A stretch of 64,000 nt of DNA from Geosiphon pyriformis uo1 (Eukaryota > Fungi > Glomeromycota), in NCBI GenBank assembly GCA_016748015.1, contig JAAOMT010000088.1, positions 217,663-281,662 of the forward strand, given 5' to 3'. The translations under genes were made by a program, and so were the position numbers. Shown here in pieces: positions 38,930 to 54,354 of this stretch (the first letter of the stretch is position 1; each line of letters starts with the position of its first letter). The notes beneath the pieces are model-generated. The model did not search any database and was not told the DNA's origin. It saw nothing but the letters and a program-made list of their open reading frames with translations.

Positions 38930-41230
38930 AACAAATAATGGCTCTATAAATAATTTAACACAATTTTACAAACTTTCAAAACTTTTAACAAAATGTAATT
39001 TAGATGATTTTTATCAGAAATTTGAATTTTTTCAAACTTTTCAAATACTCTATTACTGGCACAAAAAAATTGAAACCAGAATTAAAGTTTTTTTTGTATT
39101 TTAACATCACAGGAACTTCAAAAATTTGTATAATAATAATGTATGAATGCAATCAAGTTTTTTACATTGGTTAGAAAAACTTAACATTCAAATGCAAAAT
39201 TCAACAAAAAAATTTTATTATTTTTTGGATAATGTTAATCTTAAATACTTGAAGAAATTACTTCTTTTATTATTATTACTTTTTATTATCTTTTTTCAAA
39301 TTTACAATTATATAATATTAAAATTTATTTATTTATTCAAAATAAGTTTTTTAATTTAAAATGTTAATATAAAAAAATTACTTATAATAAATTTATAACA
39401 AGCCAAACAATTATTTTCATTATATAACATTATATAAATTTGGAAATTTGTTAAATTTTGTTTAATTTGTATAGATTATATAATACCAAAAAAAAATTTG
39501 TTGATTAATACTTTATCATTATTATTTTTTATGTCTTATTGTAATCTAATCACCAACTATTATCATAAAACTTAATTATTATATATTAAATGTAGATTAC
39601 GCAACAAACTATGCATAAATACTTTATTATTTTATAATAATAATAATAATAATAATAATAGTTATAATAATAAAAATAAAAATACAATATATTATTAATT
39701 AATTTCAATTAATAAATTTTTATCTGTTAAAAAATAGCTTAAAATTGTTTCATCATACGAATTGAAGTTATAAAATATTATTAATGTTTTTAATAATAAA
39801 GATAATCTTTAAAAATTGAAAATATTGTAAGCATAATAAAAAACCATACAATTTTTGGTATAAAACAATGAAAAACTTTTTAATTTCAAAACTAACTAAA
39901 TAGAATTTTAATTTTATTACAAATAAACTCAAATAAGATTTTTTTTATTTATAATTTTTATTATATAAAATAACACTATATATATAATACTATAAAAATA
40001 TTGTTTAAAAATTTATACAAGATTGAAAGTTTAAATGCGAAAATGTTACAAAAACAATGTTAATAATTAATATACTATTATGATTAACATTTTTTGCTTA
40101 ATTATTGATCTAATTAATAATTTAATTATTAACATATAAAAAAGTATTAAGCAAATAACTTCTGATTTAGTTTTACACATTAATATTTCTTGTTTTGTAT
40201 TTTAAAATCTCTTTTTTTATAATTAAAATAACTTAAAATTTATTAAATAAACTACTATTCAAAATAATTAATATATATATTATTAAAATTTAAAAATATT
40301 AATTAAGACATAGAATTATACTAATTATATCTTTTGTTAACAATTATAAACTATTATTTAATTTTTAAATTTTCTTTAAAAAACTAATAATGAAGCTAAT
40401 TGCATTAATTAAATCAGTTAGTCATTTAATTTAAATTTATTCTTTTTTGTTAGTTTATTACTTAATGTATAAAAATACAAAAACTTATAATTATTATTTA
40501 TTACAAATAAATATTTAACAATTAATTATTTTAAAATACAACTAATAAAAACTGCTTATTATAAAAAAGAAGGATTTTGGACAGTACAATAACAGTAAAA
40601 ATAGTAATAATAACAATAATAACATAGTGACAACTCTGTAAAAAAAATTATCTATTTTAATTATTGCATTGATTATTATATGTATTATAACTTGTAAACT
40701 AAAGATGTATATTTCAATATTATTAACATAGTAATTTTTAATTTTAATCTTAAGAAAACAATTAATTTTCAAAAAAACATATTTAATAAGATTTATATTT
40801 TTCTAAATATTACTGTTAATAAACCACTTTTCCAGTATCTTTTTTTTGTTTTAGAATAGGTGGTTTTTATTATTAACGTCTTTATTTTTAGGGAGTAGAT
40901 AAGTTTGTAATTATAAGTGATATGAAGTATTATTATAGCTAAGAATTAATAAAGCCCAAATGTTTATTAACAGAGGTTTTGTTTAAATTTAACTTTAATT
41001 AGAATATTTTATTGTGTTAATAAATAAGATTTCAAAATAAACATTTACCTTGCTAAATAAAATTATATGAAGATAAGTGGGAATTTTTAAAGTTAAGATA
41101 CATCTGTTGTAAATCTTAGTAAATCTTCTTAAGAGCATTGGGTTGTGAATTTTACATAAACTTTTTTATAATATAAAACACTTTAAGATTAATTTGGATA
41201 GCTAAAAAACTGTATTATTAGATTCGTTTT
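38930..41230. repeat. AT-rich degenerate TE-relic block inside the right inverted-repeat arm
   Basis: Absent from the left arm, very low GC, few CG. Confidence 0.65.
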
Positions 41231-41239
41231 GATAACTCA

Positions 41240-41625
41240 GAAATAGCGATGAGTTAATTGATATTTTTTATACCTTTTTACCCAATTTGGATTAGAACAA
41301 TACACCTCTGATATTTTCTAAAATGGCTAGAACCAGGTATTTTTAAGAGCATTAATTCTATTATCAAATTCAATTAAGTAACTGGAGCTCTTATTTGAAA
41401 TCGACAATATAATTCACAGCAATGAATATTACTCACGATCTTTGATCAATTTTTCCAGATTTTGGATATTGAAAGCAATCCAGTCTGTTCAAACATGCAA
41501 TCTCTCTTAGTACAATTGGTTTCAATGGCTTTTTTGTGAAAGCTCGATGCCAATCTTTTTATTAAGACAACATGGAATCTGTTGCCTTCAAATGGCCATA
41601 TACTGGATGCAATGAATAAATGAGG
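41240..41625 (-). pseudogene. Second methyltransferase gene fragment
   Basis: Minus strand reads ...PFEGNRFHVVLIKRL... and GTACTAAGAGAGATTGCA, homologous to 19190-19620 and to 12545-12840. Frameshifted. Confidence 0.82.
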
Positions 41626-43310
41626 GTAATTTAAAAAATTTTTTCTAGCTGTGTTTATGATTTGTTTTTAGTCATGAAGTTAAGCAATTTGTAAAATTTT
41701 CAACAATATCAATTAGAATAACCTTTTTGCACTTTGCCTGATCGTTTTTCTAATAATTTTGAAACGATTAAATATTATTTTATTGTCATTGGAGATATTT
41801 AATTTTGGAAATATACTTTTTTATTTCTTAAAACTTACCTGAGAACGAAAAAATCATAAACATTCCTAACAAAAACAGAGTCAAATTTTAAGATTTAATT
41901 TAGGATGAGTCTTTATAAATTGATTTCTTTTTGTCAATAATAATAAAATTTGAATCAAAACTAATTGCTAACTTTTAAATTCTTTTCAAAAAACTCAATG
42001 GAGATAATTTATCAAAAACATTTTTTCTTTTCAAAAAGGTTAAACTTATAATGATAAAACTCAAGTTTTGAAAACTTTGTGATCAATTCAAACAACAATT
42101 TTTATTTTGTAATGCTAAATCATTCAGTATTCATTTTAATAGAGAATCAATTTTGCCTTCATTTTGAATAGTTGGTTTACATTGTTCTTTACTAAATTAA
42201 CTACAACGTCCTGCAAAATAACTTTCCATTTCACAATAAAATGCTCAAATTTTAATAAATTCTTCGGCATCCATTTTTCTACATATCTATTGACTATACT
42301 ACCCAAATTTTAATAGAATTTAGGTTGGGACAGTGGAAAGACGGGAAAAGTTTTCTTTAAAGAATTTTCTGGTTTAAACTAGATGTGCTTTGGATCGTTA
42401 TTCTCTTGAAGCTGTCTAAAACCTTGTCATATCTTTGTTACATGGTTTATATATATTTTATGTACATATATATTGTTGAGATAAATCTAAGATATCTCTA
42501 TTTTTTAATGATTTCATTATTATTTTTGTAGACTGTTTATTAAATGATAAAAATAATTATCAAATTTGAAATTATGTTAAAAATCAAGTTATTTAATGCA
42601 CTCAAACCCCTATAAAATCAAACTGTAAAGTCGTTAAGTACTTTTGACTCAATGGTCACCGCAATACCACCGAAATCGTCAAAGTAATTGGTGTGTCCCT
42701 TCGCTCCTATTAACGTTAGGTCGCCCTACTTCGTAATAACGGCTAGATTTGGGATCTTTATCGTCTTGGCCACTCACACTGTAATACTTTTCGCAAACTT
42801 CACCAGGTCGACAAAATCGTCCACCGAAATCATTTCGTTACGGCAGCGGAAATCAAAGTGTTCAAAGAAATGCATCCTGGGTTCGAAGTTGGCAAATAAA
42901 CTGCTTAAAACAAGTTTCAACGCTTGGCTACATTGTCATTCTGTCTAAGCATGTCGCCAAATTGATAGTCTCGGGTTTTATCTCATTTCGGCATTTAAAT
43001 TCGTGTTTTTTTTAGCATTTACAGTACCAATGAAACATCATAATTTTTAATAGCATTGGAGTATATTTTTTTAGCCCATTTAGTAATCGAATTTTTTCAT
43101 TACAGTATCTTCTCATTTCACTAGAACCATGATTTAATTCAAAATGGTATTAAGCAATTAATTTCTTGGCAAGGCAACATAATCAGAAAGAATCGTGAGA
43201 ACCTTCCTTTTTCATTTAGTTATTGTTGCCAATGGTATTATGACATCAAAAATCTCAATGAACACTGTCATATCTTGAACAGAGCTTTTGTAGGAGTACA
43301 TAAATAATCG

Positions 43311-44133
43311 TCAAAAATTTTCAGAACTCCACAAAATCCAAAAATGCCAGGAAATTAATGCCATATGAACAAAAATATCGTAACTGGTACCGATAGTTTG
43401 TCGCCAATGCCAGGTACACATTTTCTTAGCCTTCCGATATAAAAACAAAGAGAAAATGTGATTTGAAGTTTCATTTTTGGAAATTGAAATTTTATTATTT
43501 CATTCTATTATATAAAATTATTCATGAAAATATACTTACATTCCAGCTGTCTGCTGCAGACCAAATCAACACATTTTTGACATGTTTTGCTCCAAGAAAA
43601 ATTTTCTCCTCCACTTTATTACGACCAATTTCTTGATCTACATTTTCATTCATCTTTCTCTTTTCATTTACTTTTTTTTCGTGGTTAAAACGTCGCTGTC
43701 GTTCAGCGAGAAACTCTTTTTGCCCTTTAAACCATCCATTAATATAGTATGCATGAAGTAAGAGATGACCCAAAACAAGTACGGTGGTAATTTTCCAGAG
43801 CCAAGAAATAATAATACTTTCTTTTTCAATGTCCTCTCGATTATTGGGGGGAGTAATGAAATTATGTGCCGACAAATAAACGATAATCACGTAAAAAGAG
43901 GTGAGAGCAGTCAAAACATCGGCATAAAAGTAGTACCACCGCCCCCAAAGGACCTCGGCTGTAAATCGACCACCGAATGCTTCCCAACTCAATAAAACTT
44001 TGAGGTGTGCCAAGACGTGAAAAATTTCGCTTATAAGAAGAAAGGTAAAAATTGAGAAGCTTTGGTCAGCAGTCCAGTTATAAGGGGTTGTTGGAATGAA
44101 GCGCCAAATAGGGTTTGATAAAGAAGCTTCCAT
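43311..44133 (-). CDS. Uncharacterised multi-pass membrane protein, 2 exons, ~237 aa, His-containing helices
   Basis: Exon 1 44133-43540 (donor GTAAGT) and exon 2 43430-43311 (AKKMCTWHWRQTIGTSYDIFVHMALISWHFWILWSSENF*). About four hydrophobic segments carrying EIFHVLAH, YADVLT, GHLLLH and YDIFVH. Confidence 0.75.
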
Positions 44134-44681
44134 TTTTCTTGGGATTTGGAAGTTTAGAATTAACAATGACTATGTTTGGGCTGAAGGAACGTTTCTCTCG
44201 ACAGATGCATTTTAAAACTTTTCCTCAATATTGATATATTCCCTTATCGTTTAATTGATAAAATTTATTATCCTCTTTCACTGTATACTCATGATCTTGA
44301 TTTATTGATACTTGCAAGATATTCCCTGACTAAAATCGTGATTAGGAAGGAAAGTTTATTAAATGCATTATCAATGAGAAAGCTTGAATAACACTTTTCT
44401 TAATTTTTCTACTAGGCACCACCGAAGTTTCATAAGATTCCATCTTATGCTTTTTGCTTATCTAATAGAAAAAATCAAGCTTTTTTTGTCATAAATCTTG
44501 TTGAAATCACATCACACTAGACGAAACATTATTTCAAAATTCCCAAAACAAAAATGTGATATATTAATTTAATAATTATATAATTAAGAAATTATATAAT
44601 ATGCTGGAATTCATTATTGAAAAGATTGGTTCTTTAATAGATTCAGTTTCATCTTCTGTGAAAACCTAGGTAAATCCAGTT

Positions 44682-45008
44682 ATGAATTTTGAAGTGCACT
44701 TTAATTCATTGAAGGTCCAGGTAAATCATCTTTCTAAAGTGGTTACTAGCTTGCGCAAAAACTCTGATCAGTCCAGAAACAGAAAAAAGGCCTACTCTGT
44801 GGGTGTTGGTGGTTTTGAAAGTCAATTTTTGGTTGCAATTGGCTATAACTGTTTATACAATATGTGGATTGCAACAGATAAGGAGGTAATCTTTTATAAG
44901 AAGGTAACGAAAGAGTCAATGCAAAAACATATTCATAATGAACAGGTTTTTGTAGACTACCTTGGTAAAATAGAAGCATTAGATGTCTTTGGTTTGAAAA
45001 ATAGATAA
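44682..45008 (+). CDS. Hypothetical 108-aa ORF, possibly a repeat-derived remnant
   Basis: ATG-initiated open frame with protein-like composition at the edge of an AT-rich block. It is CG-poor and has no recognisable motif. Confidence 0.25.
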   Translation: MNFEVHFNSLKVQVNHLSKVVTSLRKNSDQSRNRKKAYSVGVGGFESQFLVAIGYNCLYNMWIATDKEVIFYKKVTKESMQKHIHNEQVFVDYLGKIEALDVFGLKNR

Positions 45009-45009
45009 A

Positions 45010-47440
45010 TATTTAATGACCTAAGTTTGAATAACTGGTTACATGTTAAAATTACATAATCTATGTTTATAATTATAGACTACACTTTGTTAAAGCAATA
45101 AAAAAAATCATATAATTAATTAAAAACAAAAAAAAATCTAATAATTAATGTCAACAAATAGCTGCAAAAAATTTGGCATTTTTGAATAATTTTCTAAAAT
45201 AAAATACATTAATTTTGAATATAATAAAAGTTTTAATTATAAGTTACTAAAATTAATTTTGTTAATAAATTTTTATATTTTTATATTGATTAATACATAC
45301 AGTTCTATCACTTTTTATTATGATACAATCATAAAAGATTTCAAAATAATTATGATTCATATTTTTTCTATACATAACCAGTTACTTGAGCTAATCAAGA
45401 TTACACTATATATCTATAATACTAAAAACTTTACATATTTCCAAAAATCATTAAAAACTAACTATAAGTAAAGTTTTTACTATTAAATCACAAACATTTA
45501 TCAAAATTAATTTATTAGTAATATTCAAATCTTTTTTTTTACAATTAACTTTTAACTTAAAATTTGGTAATCAAATATTTATTTTATAGTACATAATTAT
45601 TTTATAAACAAGATTTAAAATATACAAGCCAGTCTTAATAATATTTTAAATATTAGAAATAATTTAAAAATCCAATTCTTGAAAATAAAATTTTAGCAAT
45701 AACTATATAAATATAATTATTAACAACAGTATTATATAACAATTTAAAAACAAATAAACACATAAACAATCTATTAAACAAAGTAATTTATTTATTAAAA
45801 TATTTATTAATAACAGTTTTTTATATAATAAAATTAAGATATACAAAAAAATATAATCAAAGTTTTTTTCAAATTACAATATTTTTAACTATTATTTTTA
45901 ATAGTTTTAATACTTAAAAATTTATTTAATGTTTTTACCAATTTTATTATAATTGTATTAAATATAATTTTCAATTTGAATTTAATTGTAAAAAACAGTT
46001 TTTAAATAATAATAATAATAATAATAATAATATATTTATCAAAGTTAATTTAAATTAACACATAATTAAGTTGCTTAATATATTAAATTTTTGCTAATTT
46101 TAATAATATTTAAGAAATAATTACAAATTATTAAAAAAATTTTAAAATAATAATCTTTATTTTAATGTTTAATAAAACTGTAAAAATACAATTAGTTTAT
46201 ATTAAAAGTGTATTTAAGTTTTTATATGGTTTAATCAGTTCAAAACTAATTATTAAAGACAATATTAGACTTTTTATATAAAATTTGTGTTTTAAGTTTT
46301 TTTAAATACTGTTTTTTAGTTAAGTTTATTTTATTATTCTTAAAATTATAAAATTTTTTGTAGTATTTGAGTCTGTTTTTGTTATTACTGTTGTTTTTTG
46401 TATAATAATTTTTTAAAAGCAATTATAAATAATATTAAAAATATTTGAGTGTTTTAAATAAGATCTTTAATATTTAATTAAAATTTATTTGTTAATAGTT
46501 ATATATTATTATATATTTTAAATTTTATATGTTTTTAAATACTGTTTTGGTTTGTTAATTAATTTTTATAAAAAAAAACAATTTTGATTTTTTTTAATTA
46601 AATAAATATTATATTTAATAGTTATTAATATGTTAAAATTTAAAACATTTAACTTTTAACTATAAGATTTTTTTATTTAATCTATTAAAGCTTTTTTTTA
46701 AGTTTGTTGTTAAATTTATTAATTTTCTTAATTGCTTTAATTACTATATTAATAAATATATTATTTACAATAAACTATATAATATAGAAAAAAGTTATTA
46801 TTTTAAAAAATTAAATTGGCAATTTTGGTAAAATAATAGACAAATCAAGTTAAAATATGGTTTGAATAATTTGTTTAATATTAAGATAGATGTTAATAAT
46901 AATTTTTTATTAATAAAAAATTTTTTATAAGAACTTTAAACTCTTAATATCAAATTAAATACAAATATAATTGTTAAGTAGCTAAGTGGTTTGATTAAAA
47001 ATAGTTATGTTTATATATAGAATAACTACATAAAGTATGTTTTATATTGCTAATTTAATACATAATGGCTTTAACTGGCTTAAATAACTGATTATGTGTA
47101 GAAAAAACATAACCTGTATTTAATATGTAATATTTACATATTAAAAGCAATTTATAAAAAAATATAATATAAAACTATATAAATTTTTAAAGTAAATTAC
47201 AAAAATCTTTATTGTTTAATTTAATTGTTTTATTAATTCAATATATATAATAATTTATTAAAATTGCTATTTATATCAAAAGTTAATATATTTATTCTAA
47301 TAACATTATATTTATAAAAATAATGCAATTAAAATGTCTTTACTTTAATTAATGTTTTTTATTATTTGACTGAAGACTTTAAGTTTTTGTTTTATTTTAA
47401 ATTATTAATAATTATAAAATTAAAACTTAATAATAACAAA
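45010..47440. repeat. Extremely AT-rich degenerate repeat block
   Basis: I could not find a CG in ~2.4 kb by eye. ~46100-46590 aligns with ~57500-57930, and its first part with ~6520-6650. There is an abrupt composition change at ~47443. Confidence 0.8.
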
Positions 47441-47576
47441 CTTTGCGGCTCGAGAGACTGTTGAGTTAATAAAAAGCATAGATCAGATATTTTTCTCAAT
47501 CAAAAACAGAGCTCCCATTTAAACAATTCATGACATCAACATACTCAATCATGGGCTCTCGAGGCCGTAATCGCTT

Positions 47577-49439
<1,863 letters not shown>

Positions 49440-49766
49440 TATGTATGAAAAAATCTTTAGGAATTAAAGAAGGGAGTTGGGTAAAAACTAGTGTATATAT
49501 TAAATTATTGTTATGATGTTGTAATATTTACACAGCAGATATCAATTTTAATATCCCCGATCAATTCCTTTGATAGTTAGCTGCCTTACTGATCAACCCA
49601 ATCACAAGCGTATTTTTATGTAACTGCATACCCTTGGTGCCAAGAAATTAATTGATTTGTTTGGTTGGCGTATATTCTTCCGTTAGTAGGGCCTTCAGAA
49701 TTCGCGTTAAATATTACCTTTTCAGAATTTTGATAAAGAAAAAGACAACAATTCTTTTTTAAAAAA
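49440..49766. promoter_or_regulatory. Probable bidirectional promoter between the sirtuin and CorA genes
   Basis: Only 327 bp separate the two divergent ATGs. Confidence 0.5.
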
Positions 49767-51869
49767 ATGGCAGATCAGAAAATAGAATCAGATGCATCAT
49801 CGAACTTAGTCAGCGAGGAGGAAAAAAATTCAACCAAGTCTTGCGAACCAGCACCACTTCCAAATCTTGAAATTCAAAAATCATCACCACCGTCCACCTT
49901 TATTGAAGATTTTACTATAGATCCAAATCCTAATAATATTGTATTTAAGCGGTATTCAGAAAAAGATCACGATAATGATAGTCATAATCCAGCAGAATCA
50001 TTCGGTGAAGAAAATCGCTATTTTCCGGAACTGTTACGAAAGACTTCCGGTGGTGCTCAAAATGATCCTTGTTTTCTTAGTAATTCTCTATTGAAGTCAG
50101 TAAAGAGCAATATTAATTTTGAAGCATTAGAAAAATATGCGAGAGAAGAAAACACCGATTTTCTGGAACGGGATATTTTAAAAGAGGAATTCCTTGTTAA
50201 TAGCCCGATTCATCTATCCCCAGCTTCAATGGCTCCTTTTCCACTTTCCAGAAATTCTTCACATCAAAAAATAATTCCCGCAAGTAAGATGAGTTTATAT
50301 GGAGATCGAGTAAGGGTCAGTGCCAAGTTTTGATTTCAGGAGAATTCAAAAACTTAATGCAATTTGGAGATGGAATATATATAAAAAATTATATATTTCA
50401 TAGGTGCTGGAAGAAGATTCACAAGATAAAATGCGGTTCACCTTTTTTTCTATTGATACTGGAACAATACAAGCGAATTCTCTTTTTGAAATACCTCCTC
50501 AAGGAACATCACTTACAAGTTTATTAAAAAAAGGTGTTTTTTGGATTAACGTGCTAGCACCAAACGATTCAGAAATGAGAATTTTGAGCAAGGTAGGAAT
50601 TTTTGGGGTTCAACTCTGGAATGTTTTAGTAATTTGAGATGTTCATTCAAATTCTAACTTTAAAATGGACACTCAACCGCAGATTTTTAACATTCATCAT
50701 TTGACAATCGAAGATATTGCCATGGAAGAATCTCGGGAAAAATGTGAACTTTTCAAAACATATTACTTCATTTCCTTCCGTTCTTATGTACAAGATCAAA
50801 ATAGTCCAAATTTCTTGCAGCCTGTGAATATGTATAATGTTGTGATGAAAGAGGGAATTTTATCAGTAAGTGAGGAATAATAGGTTGCTAAATTGAACGC
50901 TGCCTTTTCACGTTGAGATTTTTGTTGACATCGGCATAGTTTCATTTCAAAGATGCACCTCATGCTTTCAATGTTCGACAAAGAATAAAGCAATTGAAGG
51001 AGTTCATAAAAGTCACGCCGGGTAAGTTCACATTTGCTAAAAATATTCTTGATAAAAAATTACTTTAATAAATTTTCTTCTTTCATTCAATTTTAATTTT
51101 CAAACAAAAGACTGGATAAATTATGCTATACTCGATGACATCACGGATTCTTTTGCCCCATTAATCCACAAAGTCGAAGTAGAAACCGATACTGTGGATG
51201 AACTAGTGCTTATCCTCAAGCAATCGGAACAATCAGATATGCTATTACGTATTGGGCATAATCGAAAGGTAGTGATGAGTCTGTTACGCTTACTGGGAAG
51301 TAAGGTTGATGTAATCAAAGGTCTCATTAAACGTTGCGAGGAAAGAGTACTGGCGACTGCGGGTGGTTTCGGAGATGTGACAATTTATTTGGGGGATGTT
51401 CAAGGTATGAATCAAATGACGACTTTATGAAAGGTCGAAAATTAAATATTTGGAATAATGGAATTTCTTTTAAATTTTTTAAGATCATATTATCACCATG
51501 CTTCAAATCCTAAATCATTGCGAGAAAGTTCTTGGCAGGTCCCATTCCAATTACCTTGCCCAAATTTCTATCGAAATCACACAGCTTAGCAATCGAACAA
51601 ATGATGCAGTCGGAAAGTTGACAATTTTCGCTAGCATTCTGGTTCCGATGACTTTAGTATCAGGTATGTGGGAATATTCTTGCAGTTTAATCTCTATTGA
51701 GATTAAATATTGAAACAAATTATGTGTTTCCATAGGAATTTTTGGAATGAATGTCAAAGTTCCAGGCAGAGATGAGGATGACTTGGTGTGGTTTTTCTGG
51801 ATCAATGGAATATTGTTATTTTTTGGCATAATTGGGGTCATGGGAGCTAAACGACGTGGTTTAATATGA
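49767..51869 (+). CDS. CorA/Alr1-Mnr2 family Mg2+ transporter, ~7 exons
   Basis: Motifs: FWINVLAP, IFNIHHLTIEDI, SREKCELFKTYYF, DWINYAILDDITDSFAP, DMLLRIG, YLGDVQDHIITM, RSHSNYLAQISIE, and the TM1 signature SGIFGMNVKVPG followed by TM2. Stop at 51867-51869. Confidence 0.93.
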
Positions 51870-52777
51870 TTACTTCATTTTCGTTTCCCATCTGCTCAAA
51901 GCTTGAGGAAATATTTCTTTTGGATTTGCATAAATTTTGGTTTCTAGTGATTTTAAACAGAGTATGGATACATAGAACTATTTTAGAGCTAGAATTAATT
52001 ATAAATAGTAACGTTGTGAGTTCAAAAGTTAATTAATAGTTTAGCGCGATCAAACCTAATTGACAGCATCGGGCAATAATACTTTTGAAATTTTATAATC
52101 AACTAAGGATCATGTCAAATAAAGTTTTTGGATTGAGTTTATAATTTTTATAAGTTGAAGTGAATTTTTTTAAAAATCGTTTCGTTTTCACGAATAAAAA
52201 TCTCTTTTACCGACATAGTTTCTTAATATTCAAAATATTATTGTTATTTGGATAGCATTACAAAATTAATTTAATTTTCAACAGCTCTGCAAAGGGAATA
52301 CAATTTAAGAAAGTGAAATTTGGGATTTTTTTCAATTAACGTGGAAAGTTGCATTAATTGTGTTTATTGCGGCTCGTCAGAAAGATATTTAGAATTCAGT
52401 TATTACTTAAACTATATCTTGTGATCAAATGATTTGAGATTAGAAGGTATTACAAAGCCCTAGACTGTAAATTTTTTAAAAGCAAAAATGCTTTCGCTCC
52501 AACTATTCATCTAAAAAGCTCACAAAGAGGATAAAGCAAATTTAGAAATGCAGAAATATTCAGAATCTGAATATAGATAAGATTCTTGTGCTACAAAAGT
52601 ATTGGCATTCGATTATTTTTTGAGTATTTCTTCCCACATCGAAAATTTGACGTGAGAATATAATAAAAAAGCTCACAGTTTTGTTATATTAGATTTAGAA
52701 TATTTGTTACGCGAGAATTAACCTTTTTTTAAAATGAGGGTTTGTCATATGGGAAATGATTATTAAAATAGTCAAAT

Positions 52778-54354
52778 CTACTTTTGCCAGGTTTTATCAT
52801 TGGGAATAAAGCTTTCAGTAGGAGTTAGGCTTGAAGGAACCTTTGGTAAAAAGTTATTCTGACTACAATCTGTAATCATAACACCAAAGTAAGGTCCATA
52901 ATGATCCTTCGGATTTTTTGTTTTTTCTTTATCAATGCAATTCTAATAAATTTTCAATTAGGAAACGGGTTAATATTTTATAAATATATGATCAGCTTTA
53001 AAAAATAAGAAATTTCAAATTTAACCTTGTTCTCCACAAAATCCGTTGAAAGTGGGTTCGAAGCTCTTGCACAAATTATAATTTGATGGTTTACACCACT
53101 ATCCCAAAACTCAGTGCCACCATGAACATAATTCTCGCCTTTATATTCAACTGGTTCCCGTGGGATATTATCTCGCTGATTAGTGAATCTAACAGATGGT
53201 ATGAGACTGTTAACATGTTTTGCGTAGGCCTCGTTGCCGATACGTGGTTTCCCAAAAGAAAAGGTTTCGACTACTATTGAACGCTTGATATTTTTGACGA
53301 GATAAAGAGCAGCAAATTCAGCATAAACTAAAGATTAATTAGATTTTGAAAGTTATATTTTAAAAATAAAACCTCCAATAATTCTAAATTTTGAAGAGGG
53401 AAAACAAATCATATATATTACCACCAGCGAGGCCATATCCAATAAAGTAAATGGATTTCCAATTTGGGTTTGATTCAACACCGTTAATTAGATCTTTGCC
53501 TTCATGCGATTCCCATTCTAAATATCTCGCCTTGAAACCATTATGGATTTTAGCACCAGGTACGCCAGGAAAATCCACCATTTGAGAGTTTTCTTTTCGA
53601 AGCTCTTGAGTCAATTCATTTTCCATCTTGCCAAATGCATATATAGCTATATTTTTGTTAATCGTAAAGACTCCTGCAGCAACAAGAGATGGGTTAACAT
53701 TGAAAAATAATAACAATTATGTTTGAAGTCAAAAATTAAATTAAGCTTGGAAATTGATTCGACAAATTTACCAGAAGTTTCTTCAGTTGGTTTTATTTGT
53801 TTTTGAACTAAACAATATGCGGCTGTGGCTAATTTAGCAAATTTGTAAAAAGTTTCGAATAAAAGTCTGTCGACTTCATTGTCTGATTTTGGAGGGTTGG
53901 CTGCGATTATTTGCTCATTGGAAAATATAGTTTCTAAATTAGAGCCATTAATTTCTTCTAAGGGTAAAAAAATTGGAATGGTTGAGAGGTTTGATTGAGA
54001 AATATTCGCATCTGTTTCAGGTTTTGAAGGTTCATAGAATGGATTCAGGCTAGTGTCAAATTCTTTTTTGCTAGCTGCTGTGATAAGGTTTGAGGCTCTA
54101 AAATCTTGAGCTTGTTCTTCTATACTCTCAAAATCGGATACCGATTCATCATATATCTGGTTTTCAAAAGCATCCTCGTCATATATGTTTTTTGATGGGA
54201 TCAATGTATCGATTTCTTCAGTGAAATTTGGTAATACAGGACTGATTGGATTCAGTTCGTATGTTATCGGCGAAGCGTTTAATAAGAAATACAAAGAGCT
54301 TGAATTCCAAAAGAGAATGAACACAAATATAGCTCTAGATAAAGATTTTTTCAT
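52778..54354 (-). CDS. Secreted class-3 lipase-like alpha/beta hydrolase lacking the nucleophile Ser (probable pseudoenzyme), 4 exons
   Basis: Exons 54354-53772, 53673-53422, 53327-53026 and 52942-52778. Signal peptide, acidic pro-region, AKLATAAYC, AKIHNGF, IYFIGYGLAGVYA (where GHSLGG is expected), TFSFGKPRIGNEAYA, RFTNQRDNIP, YVHGGTEFW, DHYGPYFG. Confidence 0.88.

Larger units (their letters stand above)
36298..42955. repeat. Right arm of the large inverted duplication, interrupted by unique or AT-rich inserts
   Basis: Reverse-complement partner of 11812-15508. Extra sequence at ~36470-36893, ~38925-41230 and ~41640-42060. Confidence 0.88.
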
